From: Bigelowiella natans CCMP2755
Taxonomy: Eukaryota; Protista; Cercozoa
Direction: 5' to 3'
Length of the DNA stretch: 64,000 nucleotides
Assembly (NCBI GenBank): GCA_000320545.1
Contig: ADNK01002660.1
Span: forward strand, 1 to 64,000
Made by a program: the position numbers and the translations under genes. Each line of letters begins with the position of its first letter. Position 1 is the first letter of the stretch. The notes under the pieces were generated by a model that saw only the letters and a program-made list of their open reading frames with translations, was not told the DNA's origin and searched no databases. Positions 37,501 through 50,513 of this stretch are shown piece by piece.

Positions 37501-39756
37501 ATTTTACAAATCAAAATGATTGGAATTCATGGCACCCACCTTTCCTTCTCCAAACGCTTCTTTTCTCTCTCTTGAAACTTCGATAGATACAGCGTGAAGT
37601 TTATTTTTGCTACAACCCTTTTGTGTATATACCCACAATAAATATCATTTGGTACAGAAAAGAATCAATTTTTAAAAAAGACCAGTCAAACAGTCCACTG
37701 TATATAGCCTTTGCAGTGGAATCTCTATTTTTAATTGCATTCTCAACATTATATTCTTTCCATACGATGTTCGAGCGAACCTATCAATTGATAAGTATTA
37801 ATCTGAGGTAGTCACAAATACGAGATCAACTACCGGAAAAAGAAGGTTTAACATAGACTAGATCGATCATCATTCAAATGTCAAATCTCTCTCACGTGGG
37901 AACAAGCGAACCTTCAGCGATTGCTGAGTCAATCGTTTTGTTAAGTCGGTTTCATTTATTTGAAGCAATCGAGAAGCCCAGACAAGATTGTATCTAATTG
38001 TTTTCTAGTTAGTTTCATTTTGTTGTAGACGAAATAATGGTATTTCTGTTGTACAACTTCGAATCAGCAGTAATTTTGCATGCATCGCTAGTTCTTGAAG
38101 TATCAGGCTCAAATTCGATATTTCCAAGATGAAGTACAGCAGCAGTGGTGGCAAATATTTTCGAAATATTAGATTCATCAAAGCCTGTTCAAAAAAACAA
38201 GTATTAAATTGACACTATATTTTACATTGTAGCACGAACCAAGTAAATCCAGGCTTTCCAACAATTCGGTGAAACGAAACTCATCGGATATGCCAGGAAT
38301 TTTAATGTTTTCCGCTTGATTTAAGTATTCAAAATCTTCGGCGGAATCAATCCCTAAAGCTTGAAGAGTATCCACATCCAGCCCAGCACACATCTAAGAA
38401 ATGCGAGTATTAGTTGTTTTCCTACTAATCATAGCGCTAGTTAAAGCTGTATGACCTGGTAAAAAACATGAAAATTCCTCTCTCCTGGAGCCTATTGGTA
38501 TGGTGACCAAATTTTATTTCCCAAAATATAAATTAGAACAACTTATAGACGTAAATACTTGGAAAATAATTCTTGATTTCTCTAATAAATATGTTTCCAT
38601 AGCAGATCCGATGATCTCTCCGCCTGAAACGTGTAGTCATTTACAACATAAAGCTTCGATGTGCATGTACGAGAGATACCTTCTTCTTCGATTTCAGGCC
38701 TATGGAAGAGTAATTTTGTAAACTTTCCAAATCGAGACGAATTATTGTTCAATAGAGTCTAAAATTAGCATCGAATCAAAACCAAGTGCACAATTTTTCC
38801 TCGAGTCTGTCACCTTTGCATTTCCGAAGCTTTCAAGTATCGGGTTTGCGGCGAGGATTTGAAGTCATGGTCAATTTATTTCGTTCGAATTTTCTCATTA
38901 TGCATTTAAACCTGTTGTTCAATTCTTGCTGAAGTGATCAGAGCTTCATCAAATGAGTCGCCATTTGTATTTTTGTATAACCCGATAGAAGTTGTATATG
39001 CGAGATGGCGCATTAAAAACCTACGAAGTATGATCAGTATGATTACCTATCTTATTTCTTTGTACCGTTTTTCCCTTATGGGTTCTGATGAAATGTAAAA
39101 GTGATCATCGTTCATCTACTTCGCATTTTCAGTTTTTCCGGCTCCAGATTCACCGCACACTATCATAGATTGATTCAAGCCAGTCCTAAAAATTATTATT
39201 TGCTCAAAATGAAGTGAGATTTCCGTATTAATTCCATTCACCATATCATCTGCCGATAAGCATTCTCAGCTACGTTGTAGATGTGGGGGAGACCCTTTTC
39301 ATACTTAGCTTTGATTGCATATTTTTTTATCCATTCTGATTTAATCGCTATTTGTTATTAGCACTAGAATAAATTTCAATTTTAGCCATACCATTTGTGT
39401 AGTCTCCCAGTTGCTTGTATGGGTTGACAGCGACCGTAACTGAGGATATTGCTGATAGGAAATTGTGGAATAAGTGCATGGAAAATATTGTTAATAATAA
39501 TAAACACACCAGTGTATATCTGATCCTTTAAATATCTGCACTTTACATTATGCACAACATTAGGTTCCTCCAAATAGATGAGAGAGGAGAGATCCTGAAA
39601 ATTCGGTCGTACAACCAAACTATGTGATGCGAATGGGATGAAATAAAGACATTCCGCTGTATCACTCACCGGTACCCCATCGAGATTTTTAGGATTTTTT
39701 AATATTTTGACGTTATGCAGACGTGATCCATAGGATTTTGTCTCCGAGGCCGCCAT
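34583..39756 (-). CDS. Unconventional myosin: motor domain, IQ-like motifs, calponin-homology domain and charged coiled-coil/SAH tail; about a dozen short introns
   Basis: VAVNPYK, PHIYNVAENAY, P-loop GESGAGKTE (~39130-39155), NPILESFGNAK, switch I NNNSSRFGK, YLLEKSR, ERNFHVFYQ, switch II ILDVFGFE..NSFEQFCINY, FVRCIKPN, QLRCGG and MGLTKVFF. CH domain: WLRAAV..LFDGLSDGIAFCELCKKI..ENILTAINILKKLGI..LFEVDDL..KVLNSL. Confidence 0.95.
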
Positions 39757-39899
39757 AGTACCAGCTCAGCTATTCGTTCACAGCGACGTGTAGCCGTAGC
39801 GAGTCTGTGCTACAGGTTTCTAAACATCAATCATCCCTTGGTTAGCTCGAATCAAGTTAAATTAACAAATAGGAAGATGCGCTGTGCTCATAGAACAAC

Positions 39900-41200
39900 G
39901 TGTTCTTCTTTCAGAAAGGAAATCGTTCTCCTGCATCGTTAGCTCACACATCGCACGTTGATCGGTGTGGTGTGGGCATCATTGGTGCACCTTGTTCGCA
40001 CAGATATTTGCACGCAAATGAGTCGAAAATGCCGAGCATTTGCGTCCTGCGTCTACCACGAAACGGGCAGCCAGATTTCAATTGGAGTCCTGTTGCTGGA
40101 AAACGCACTCGTTTCGTGGGAAGCGACACGCAACATGATCGAAGTCAACAAATGTGGAGACATGAAGCTTCCAGCACAAGCATTCAATCATTCATCAATG
40201 AGGACAATGGGGGGGGAATCACAATGTCAAGACTGCTAGACTGTTGGGCTTGGACAGACGACCGATTGAAAAGAACTAGTCAATGAAGTGATGCAGACCA
40301 GTGGACTCCAGGACTCGGCGTGCTAGCGTGCTGCCAGGCTGGAGCAAACGAAGCAGCGCACCACCACAACCATGCAACAACATCAACACTGCTTGCTAGC
40401 TTGCTCACTCCGCACCAGCTAGCCAGACTAGCGCTAGAGCAGCGCAAAAACTCGGATCCTGGACCACTAGCTAGCTAGCTAGCTCTGGCACTCTGCTAGT
40501 CTCCATGCATCTAGAGTTTGGCTAGCTGGGACTCCAGCTAGTCAGCTTGCTCTGTGGCCTGCTAGCTTGCTAGCTTGCATTGCTAGATTGTCCAATCGTT
40601 TGGTCTGGCACGTTCTAGCTAGCTAGCTAGCTAGCATTGCACCCATCATGTGTTCACACGGCTAGACGGATCTCTTGAATTACTCGCTAGCTCGCTAGCT
40701 AGCCATCGATCTCTAGATCTAGCTGTCTGTCCCACTCTGGCACTCTGGCACTCTGGCACTGCTAGACTCTAGAGACTTTCTAGCTGTGATGATCTGGGTG
40801 ATGTGGCAAACCGCACTTCACTGGACCATCTTCAGCAACACGTGGCGTGCGCATCTAGCTCAATGCCACACCTGCTGTCTCCTAAGCTAGCTAGCTAGCT
40901 GGCTAGCCTGTCTACTAGCTTGCTGTCTCCACTTTGAGCATGGAAAATCTAGGTTTCTAGAGATGTCTAGATGTCGCATCAGATTGGCAAAATAGCGGTC
41001 TAGCGTAGCACGCGGCCGGTCTAGCGATGCTTCGATGCGCTGTTGCGGTGCGTAATGCTGTTTTCTGTGTCTAGTGTGCACATCAACACGATCTAGAAGA
41101 GATCAACAAACTCCGCAGAGCTTTTGTCTAAGGTGTAGTTGTGCGGTGTGATGCTGTGCGCTGCGATGCATCCTGTTGTATCAATGCTGTTATCAATCAC
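39900..41200. other. TpA-depleted, CTAG-rich intergenic island 2
   Basis: Between 40056 and 40680 all of the roughly 24 TpA lie within CTAG. (CTAG)n runs occur at ~40467, ~40615 and ~40887, and CACTCTGG x3 at 40733-40756. Confidence 0.9.
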
Positions 41201-41497
41201 ATTGAATTCGAAATGTTCGTATTGTTCATGATGTCTATAACCGTAACTCTGAAATAGGCATAATAGAAATTCTCATGAGATATGTAACTTAAACTCATAC
41301 ATCTAGACGTTTACGAATATGCGCATAAAGATATGTTGCCTATGATCACATGATTATGCATTCTGACTACACATCATCTACTCTGGCAAACCTCATTATA
41401 GTTTTTGATTAGAGTTTATCAGATATAAGCTGTTGCCCGTGTGCACTAAACTTATTTACTGTGTGCGATGCTAAGATGATTTTGACTGATTTGGCAT

Positions 41498-44400
41498 CTA
41501 CACGTTATTTGAGGGATCTGTGTTCCCATTTGTAGCCGATGGTTTCACTGGAGCCCCTCCGTCATTAGTGTCTGATATCGGCGAGATTTTCGCATCATTT
41601 ACTTCTGGCTGTCCGTTCTGTGGAGCATCATCACCATCTTTACTAGTTTTTGTCTTATTTTCAACAAACACGGGCCTTTTCTCAGATGATTCCTTCGTTG
41701 CTTTGTTCATGTAATACTTTTTTCCTGAGGAATCTGTTAACATCATCCATCCAGGAGGAAGTTCAGTGTCCTGGTTTGAATTGACACGAGTCCCACGAAC
41801 TCCTCTCCGTGCAGATGATTTAGGCTGTGTACCCGCACTTATCGAAGATGTTCTCTTAGCCTTTAGGAGCTGGATAGGCTCTGAGGCTTCACCAGTACTA
41901 GAAGGAGGTCTTTCGCCAATAACCGAACCATTGGGAGATCTAGTTTCTCTTGGAAGTCTCACAATCAGATCGGAGTCAGGCCCGTCAACAGGACCTTTTC
42001 CTTCATACTTCTCGTCCCATCTGAAACTTCCTACACTGACGACATCGTCTTCCTCACGTATCTGAGGATGGAAAATAGTTTTTCGGACAAATCCTTTGTC
42101 AAACTTCTCCAGATTCCTAGTCTTTTTGTGTGTGAACCAGATGTTTGTCTTGTCCATTCGAACAAAGCGATATGGCTTGAGACGTCCACGAATGAGTAAG
42201 TGATACACAGCTCCCTCGTCAAGTTCTTCCAAATGCACACGCCTAGGGAATCCTTGAGCTAAACCAGAAGATCTGCTTCCGTAGTCATCTGGCTGGTTGT
42301 TAGCTGGAAGAAGATTCTTACCGGCGATATTCATTCCGCTTTGTACATACTGGAACATGGAGTTCAACCTGGGTGCGTCGAACAGGGTATCAAATCTATA
42401 CTGGTGAAGAAAGAGTCTTGCGGTATAAGCCCACGCGGTGCGGTTATCCACGAGCGCGTTGTACGTCTTACCAGACCGTAAAAATCGTTCATACATATTA
42501 ACGATATCTTTTTTGAATGCATGGCATACAAAAATAGGGGCCTTTTCGTCAAGGTAGTAGTAGTAGCCATAGGTAACATACAGTGAGAAAGCAAACGCCA
42601 GTAGACCAGACCCCAAAGCAACCAGAGCTAACTCGCCAATAATGAATGGCGCTGCAAGAGTGCATATGAGAGCAGCGGCAGCTGTTGCAGACGCAATAAT
42701 TCTTAACACGTTGATGACAAATTGCCAATTGAGAATAGTGTCGCAAGACTGTAGAGCGGACTGAATCATTGCTGGCCCGTCAAAGGAATGTAAGACCCTA
42801 CCAATGTAGGTTTTCAGTCCGTGAATACGCCCACCACATGCAACCGGCTTTGAGATGAAAGATTGTTGCTTGATCAAGAAAAATACGGCGATGATAACAG
42901 GGATAGGTCCCACGGCACCCGTAATAGTTGCAGGGACAGCCGGGTCAATTCCGTCTACGCCAGAGACATCCAAAATTGCTAAGATGAATTGAACAGTTCC
43001 CGTGACAGCAGCAATGAAACCTAATGTTCAAAATCAATAACATTAGCTTCATAAATTATATTATATTTGGGATACTATTGTTTGTTCTATTGCTAAGTAT
43101 TTACTGACCTGCAACCATAATCAGAGTAACTTTATTCACTTCGATCGAGGCGTAGTAAAACTCTTCCAGATCCCGCACCTCTTTCTCGAAACTAAAGTCA
43201 TTTTTGGCGTATGCAAGAGCTTTGTTGATGTCCCTCAGTTTTTTAATGATTTTCTTAGTCCTCATAGCTAAGGTTTCACAGCCTAAAATTGCAGGAAGGA
43301 ACGTGCGGAAAAAAGCTAGGATCCGGAAGATGTAGTTGTTCCGAAATGAACGCCTCCGGCAAAGTCCGAACTTAACAAGTCCATCCTCTATGGCCAATTT
43401 TGCTTCTGGCTCCCACTCGTCCATCTCTTGTAACACTTCTTCTATGTCGGCTGCAAGTCCATCCGTTGTTTTTGGTGACTCCGTTGCGGCATCCCGGAAG
43501 CTCATGAGGGCTAGCGCTAATGATGTCATTGCATCTTTGGTGTAAGTGCGATCATGGTACTCTTTGCAAATGAGATCTTTGAGGAGAATCTTGATGACTT
43601 CTTCAGTCTTCATTACGAGCGATGCAGAACTATCTACCACATAGTTCTTAATACGTTTGAGCTCGGTCTTTCGTTCATTCTCGTGAACGCTGGTGAGGCT
43701 AGCTCGGCGGCGCAATCCACCGTTTCGACCAATCCTTAGACCTTGATCCCATATACTCTCAACCTTTTTCACGAATTTTCCGTCCAATGGACGATCGTGA
43801 AGGTTGCAAAGCTTCTGTACCTTCTCTAGGTGGGTTTTAATCTGCTGGATGAAAGGATCATTCTCGCTGATCCCATGAATTTCGTAGCTCTTACCTCTTT
43901 GAGCATGCAGAGCTTCCTTGAGAGGCAAGAGTTTTTCTTCCATGAAGTAGGCCTGGAAATCCTCATTTCTTCTTAAGTAACGAGATGCATTTGAGACAGA
44001 GGAGAACGCCAGGATAGGACCAACCAACTGAAAGGCCAATCCAACACCACTGATGAATGCTTCGCCGTCTGTGTCACTGCCTTGATCCGCTGCAGCAAGA
44101 CCGGCTGCTGTCAAAGACGCAGAAATTGTGAATCCATCGATAAAGGCCTGCACTTCCGGACTCTGGTTATCAGCGATTGAATCAAGAGGATTAAGTTGAT
44201 TCTCTTGCTCCGTTGAGACGCGCTGCCCAGCATCTGCTTCGGTACGTGCAAAATCAATAATCGCGATGAAGGTCTTTTTAATGAACGAACGCTTCCACTT
44301 CAATCGATCACTTGAATCATCGAATGGGTTTTCGAATTTCATCTTAGTCATGAAGTTCTCCAACTCCTCGTTGAGAGTTCCGATCAGGGACTTTTGGTAC

Positions 44401-47400
44401 AGAGTATTGTGCTCTAGTCTGCGGGGAATCAAGGCAGAAGCAAATTTCCGCATCCAGTCATAGTTAAAGATATCGACAGGATCAACCACTTTTTTTCCGT
44501 CACATTTAGAAACATGGGAATACTCTTCAATCTTATGGAACAAATATTGCAGCCAAGGCTGGTATTTGAAGCCTGGGCGGAGAAACCCGTCTTGTCCATA
44601 TCCAAACCCTGTACCCCGTGTAACCACCTCCCCATTCGACCAGTTGATGTTGAATATGTAGCTTTCGTATCTTTCAATAAATGATGCACGATTGAGACCG
44701 GCTTCCGCAAAGTTATTGAGTTCCATCGCATTGATTGCCGCACCAGTTAGACCGCTGTACCGCATGAAGTGAGGAGTACTCTGGCCATCACCCACAGGCA
44801 CATATACGACCCCCTGTTTCTTGTCAGCGATTCGCATTGCACCGGTATTCACATAATGTGCTACAGGGAATGTTGAAAATGCCACGCGAGACTCAGTCTT
44901 ACCGTCAGCACCCCGGGTGAAATCAGAAGCAACATAAACTTCCATACCACTGTCATTTATTTGGTATATTTTCCCTTCAAAGTCACGAACAATATAAGCG
45001 GAACGCAAGCACGGACAGTACCAACGTGGCTTTCCGCGGCTTAAGAGTTCGTAGCGTCCTGGCTCAAGGAGTAGTGGCGACGTTCCTTTTCTTTCCTCAT
45101 CTGGAGATTCTTTAATATTGAAGGCTTCTCCCTTAACGAGTCGTCCAAGAGTTGTCGGTTTATGACAGTCAATGAGTGTGTAATTTGGAATCTTGTATTT
45201 GGCTCCAGGATTAAATACATCACCGGAGCCAAGCGCGTCAAAAGCACCCTGGAAGAACAATTTCGATGTGAAGCGATCGAGAGCTTTCTCAAAGCGTTGG
45301 GCATTTTTCTTTGCATCTTTTGACTCGGCAAGGTATCTGGAACTCAGGCTATCATATACGACATGTTGCCATATCTTGAACTCTCTGTTGACCTCCATTC
45401 CCAGGTAGGTATTATCTCCTGTCTCGAAAACACGAGCCTGTAGCGTTTCTCGCAAATAATTATCTGATTCGTTTTTGTACCGAACCAACTCATCAACCAG
45501 CTCTTCGTACATAGTAGAGAAGTCTTTGGTAGTGGAACCAAATTCCTCTTCAGCTGCAGCCCTCCAGTTTGCAGTTCTAGAATGGGTTAACATGTACTCT
45601 GCGATTTTCTCTACAGAAATAACTTTTGTAAAATCTCCTATAAGCCTAGTATTATCCTCAACGATAGATCTAATGTCATTCACAAGATGATTTTTCCATC
45701 GCTGGACACCCTGTAAAATCAACATCACATATACTTCAGATACACATTTGAACGCAGATATAAATTTACAAACCATTTGGTGCATCACGTGTGATACTTT
45801 AGCGCCGCTGAGACATGAAACTCCGTAATATTCCTTTGTTGTTACGGAGAAGTGATCTTTTGCGTTTGCTCCTTTTCCCGTCGCTATTACAAAATGGGTA
45901 TGTCGAAGATCTAAATAGAACATGTCTGCTTTGGTTGTTTCGCAGTGCACCATGGTGCTACTTTTCCCATCAAAGCATTCCAATTTGACTTTTAGAGCCT
46001 AATGACAATTTTATATTAAGATATACTACGACAATAATTGTTCAAAACATGTTCAAATATTTTGGTAAAGACCTCTGGCCTCTTTGTTCTCTTGTAACCT
46101 TTATGCTCGATATCCTCAGTTTCAACGACGGTAGCGTATTCGAATTTTTTCTTTGTCGTCTTGTCGACGAAATCTAGGATTGTATCTCCAACCTTCAATT
46201 GGTGACCTCGAGTTGTTCCTCTATGCTTTGCCCAATCATAGTCAACGGAAGATTCTGTATGATACCGCAAAAGCTCAGCAGAACGACGCATTGCGACTCC
46301 CCATTGCATCATATCCTCTAAAGTCTTTGTTGTGAGCTCCACAAATCCTTGGTCAATAAGGAAATTACTAGAATGTGCCATTGTCTCCCCATCAAGCTGG
46401 ACAAAAATATCTTCAAAGCGTGTACCAAGATGATACCGAAGCATGGCAATCCAACGTGGATCAAGACGTACGACTTGGGCGCGTGAGAACGCACTGGCTC
46501 CATCTCCCAAAGCTCCACGTTTCTCAGAAACTGTGACAGTTCCGCCACTGCTGATAGCGCTACCCAAAACATGAAGGGCTGACAGTAAACCGGTTGGTCC
46601 ACCTCCTACGATAAGGTAATGTTCAGGTCTCATGTCAAAGATTCCTCTTTCTTTTAGTCCCACTATTTCATCCTTATCGATATCACTTGGTTTAAACAAA
46701 GATGTTTTTCTTGTTAGAAGATTGTAGTGATATTCTTTATTTTCGTCATCCTTCAGCTTGACCCACCCCTCTGGGAGCTTGCCATCGTCATCGGATGTTT
46801 CCCATGGGAAGCTATGCTGCTGCCCATCATTGGCTTCAAATTGGCATGTGTCCGTGTTTTCATCGTATCCTTTAAACTTGAATTCTTCATCTCTCCCATG
46901 TGGATAGAATCGTTTCAACCAATAGGTTTTCCCAATCTCAAGATCTTTTGCATTCTGAACACGTTGGGAACCCCGGAGTGCTAACAAGTTTCGAATTTTA
47001 CTTTCATCAATCTCAGTTGCCTGCAACTGCGATACAACTTGAAGATCTCTCAAAGGCTTTCTCAGCTTCGCATGATCCAGGAACGCATTTAATCCAAAGA
47101 CTTTGAGATGTTTCAATTCAAATTCCAACCAAGCCTTTTGAGCGGCTGCTATTTTTGCTGCAACGGGTTCCTTCTTTTTTTTCTCGAGTTTCTGAATCTC
47201 TTCGTTAAATCGGTAACGAAAGATCTCTCGTTTAAGGAGGGACCTCACACGTTTGTTTGTGAAAGCAAAAATACTCCTGCTCTTTGGATTCGGTATCTTC
47301 TTCTCTACAAATTCGATGAACGTTCTCTTATCCTTTGGAAGTAACTTGTCCAAAGCACTTTCAATCATTCGACTGTTCAGTCCCTCGTGCTTAAATTCTT

Positions 47401-49120
47401 TTGGGTTCTCTATATACCTCGGAATAAGCTCCTTGAATTGTGAGTCTGTAGGGTATTTCCACTCAATGTTTTCTATCACAGAAATTCCGAGCTTGATTCC
47501 TGATCTGACAGAGCAGATGAGCTTGATGACCTCTTTCGACTCTTCTTCCAAACGGTTTACACTTTCGAGGACCAACGAAATCCACGCAGTCAAAGGGTTA
47601 GTTCGGGATGGAACTCCGGCGCACACGTGCTTCATGAGATTGTGTTGGAAATCGTTAATTAATATCTTCAGATGGGCAAAACCATCTCGAGGTTCAAGTA
47701 ACTCGCATCTCTTGATGAATGGAGCTAAATCAGCCTTATCTTTCACGTTAATCCCTCGTAAGGCAACAAGCTGAGTTAAAATGGCTGGAAGAGCAACTCT
47801 CATCGCATTGATTGGATCTAATAGTTCCTGACGCTGGTGTGCAAAGTCTCCCGATTTATTATTAAGAAGGAATTGCCAATGTTTGACTACTGCCCGCATC
47901 GCATGCTCAAACCCATTGTCAGTAATTGTCAACGCAGGATTCCCAAAAAACGCGCGGATTATAGTTTCGTCTGTAGGGAGACGATTTGCATTGCGAAATT
48001 GTTGGGTCTTAATTCGACCAATGTGGGTCCCGTGCTGGGCCCTAAACACGGATTCAAGCTGGTTAGCGGGGGCAAGGTTCTGAGCTGCAGCTTTTCCATC
48101 GACTGTCAATTCCTGTCGATCTCCAGTGAGGTATCGCGTATACCATCGCCCTTCACCCAACAGACTGCGGAAAAGAAGATTCAAGACGTTGCCAAATGTT
48201 GCCGCCTGGATTTCTGTTGCTGGAAAATCGCCAAGGAAGTCCAGAATACGGATCCACTCCATACGTGTTGAGTTATGCCAGAGAATATCAAATATTGGCA
48301 GCGCTTGGACAATGATGCGTCCTACATTCTTGTTTTTAAAGGCCTGCTCCATGTGAAACGCTATATTTTCGTCATCCTCTAGAGATCCCATGAAACGATC
48401 AAGCAAGTATGCTTCAACAGGCATTAGTGAGGGCACGCTGACTTGTAAAGCTCTGGTCAAACGGAATCTATTTGTAGGGTCAGATCTTATTCGAATGACT
48501 GCTTGAATGAGATCTCGCCACATCCTGCTACCCCATTTTAACTTCTCCGGATTTTCCTTCGGGTTTAGGTCGTACGATTTCTGAGTAGACGACAATTACC
48601 TTCAGAAAGAATGAATACAAGTATTTGTGCGGGTATTACCACATGTAGGTGTATTGAGATCCGAAGGATTATATAGGTCAGAACGCAAAAACCAAAAAGT
48701 CCAGCTACTACAGCCACAGCTACTACGTTCAAATTTTGATCCTAATCACGAAATAGTCATTTCACTTTGATCCCAAACGCTACCGAACTTTGCTTACCGC
48801 CCCAAGAGCTATGAGAGCAATTCCTAGAACAAAAATAGGAAGCCAGAGGAAGCAAGCCCTATTTCGCAACGTGCGGACATAATTTCGGGCAGCAGTATGG
48901 TAAGCATCCGTTCTCTTTGTGATAGGAACGTCGTCCTAAAAATCGAATGTAGTTCATCTGTTAATTTAATAGTGTTCGTCATTATCCTCAAAATAATGTA
49001 CCCATCCATCGATGCCGATTACGTGATCTGAGTGCTTTTAAAAGAGAAGGGAATTAAGATATAATAAAATTGATGAGAAACGATTTGTACCTCTGCACCC
49101 TTCAACTCTGTGGTCGACAT
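41498..49120 (-). CDS. Large (~2,350 aa) multi-pass membrane flavoprotein with a MICAL-like FAD monooxygenase core and two WW domains
   Basis: The three long ORFs join in phase via introns 46072-45999 and ~43108-43021, plus a likely stopless 63-nt intron 45773-45711. Four small 5' exons from ATG 49120 add two hydrophobic helices. Rossmann motif YLIVGGGPTGL..VTVSEKR..FSRAQVVRL, HFVIATG, and GD motif VPVGDGQSTPHFMRYSGL. WW domains: LPEGWVKLKDDENKEYHYN and LPPGWMMLTDSSGKKYYMN. Confidence 0.85.
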
Positions 49121-50513
49121 AAGAAAGGTCTGCGTAGAATTACGAATCAATTAATCTGCCATAGAAAACTAAGTATAGAAACCCTTTAAGTGTCTGTACC
49201 TTACACTACAGCTTGGTGGTATAGCCGGTCTCGTGTCTCGTGCGCGGTGGAGCGTGTATGTGGAAGTGCGTGCTTACGATGGCGGGATTCGTTTTGAAGT
49301 TTGGGAGCTGGGGTTCGGAGTTGACACTTTCAGATTCAAGGAACATCAACGAACTTCATCTATTTTTTAATCTCACCATTGGTAATTCGTCTGAGACAAC
49401 AAAAGCTTCTGTCGCAGGAGGGAGACACTACGGCGATGTACCTCATTAGAAAGCGTCCGTCTCAGAACAAAATGTTCTCTAAACTTTACAATAATTTGCA
49501 AACTGGATGATCATTTTAAACAACGACAATCATTTCCTCGGGTTCTCAAGAATATTTCAGGATGAACAATGATGCAAATGCGTCTGTTTAGTTTTCGTTG
49601 TGTTTTACATTGCCTTTATCGCTCGGGGGTACTTTGTGCTGTGTGCAAGAGGGTATCTCGAAGATTGTTCTCATTGCAATACTGACGTTTTCCGTTTGTC
49701 GTAGTAAACTTTTGGTGGTTAAATTCGTACAAATTGAGCGTTTTTTTCGCATTGAGTGACACGTAGTCTCAGTTGCACGATTCTTCCGGAGGAAGTATCT
49801 GTACAAGCTAAACACAGCATTAAAGATGTAACAACGACAAGTAAATTTGGTCGTCGCGTTGGGAAAAAATGACATTGGCAGCACAATCATGCAACTCTCA
49901 CTTTCTACGCAATGCAATTTTGTGCAATTACACAAGATTTTCCAGCCGGAACATGACACGCGTGACACCCAGTTGAGCAACCACTGTCCGACCGACGCTT
50001 TGACCCGGAAACATCGAAGAAAATTCTAAAATGTCTTCCGAATTTTGCTGCATTGCCATTTTCGCCCTTCATTTGTTGTACTTCGTCGAGTCTGAACAAA
50101 AATCGCACGATGACATTGATCGTTTTGTCAATTCAGTTTCAACTGCACAATTGGGATTGATTCATTCCTAGCTGAATCAACCATTCGTTCAATCACTTCT
50201 TTCAGCGACAAGTGTCATTTTGATGAGAAACACACGGCAATTTTCATCATCGACAAATGACATCCTCGAATCGCACTTGTGCGGTGGGGCACCTTTGCTA
50301 GCTTTGGAATTGCTTGCGCCACGCACAACAATCGCTCATGATTGTCATGCAACGTGTTGCACACATTGCACGTTGCATGGACATCACATTGCTGTGTCCA
50401 TCGTGCTTCGTTTGTCAGGTTCGTTTTGTCATTCGATCATTCAACCAAGTTCTTGAAGTCCCGCGTCAGCACGTCCAAAGATCCTTTCAGCCGCACCACA
50501 CACACACCTGTCT

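Noticed and set aside
40440-40920. (CTAG)n runs and CACTCTGG repeats as a CRISPR-like array
   Set aside because: There is no constant repeat-spacer periodicity and no cas genes, and the context is eukaryotic.
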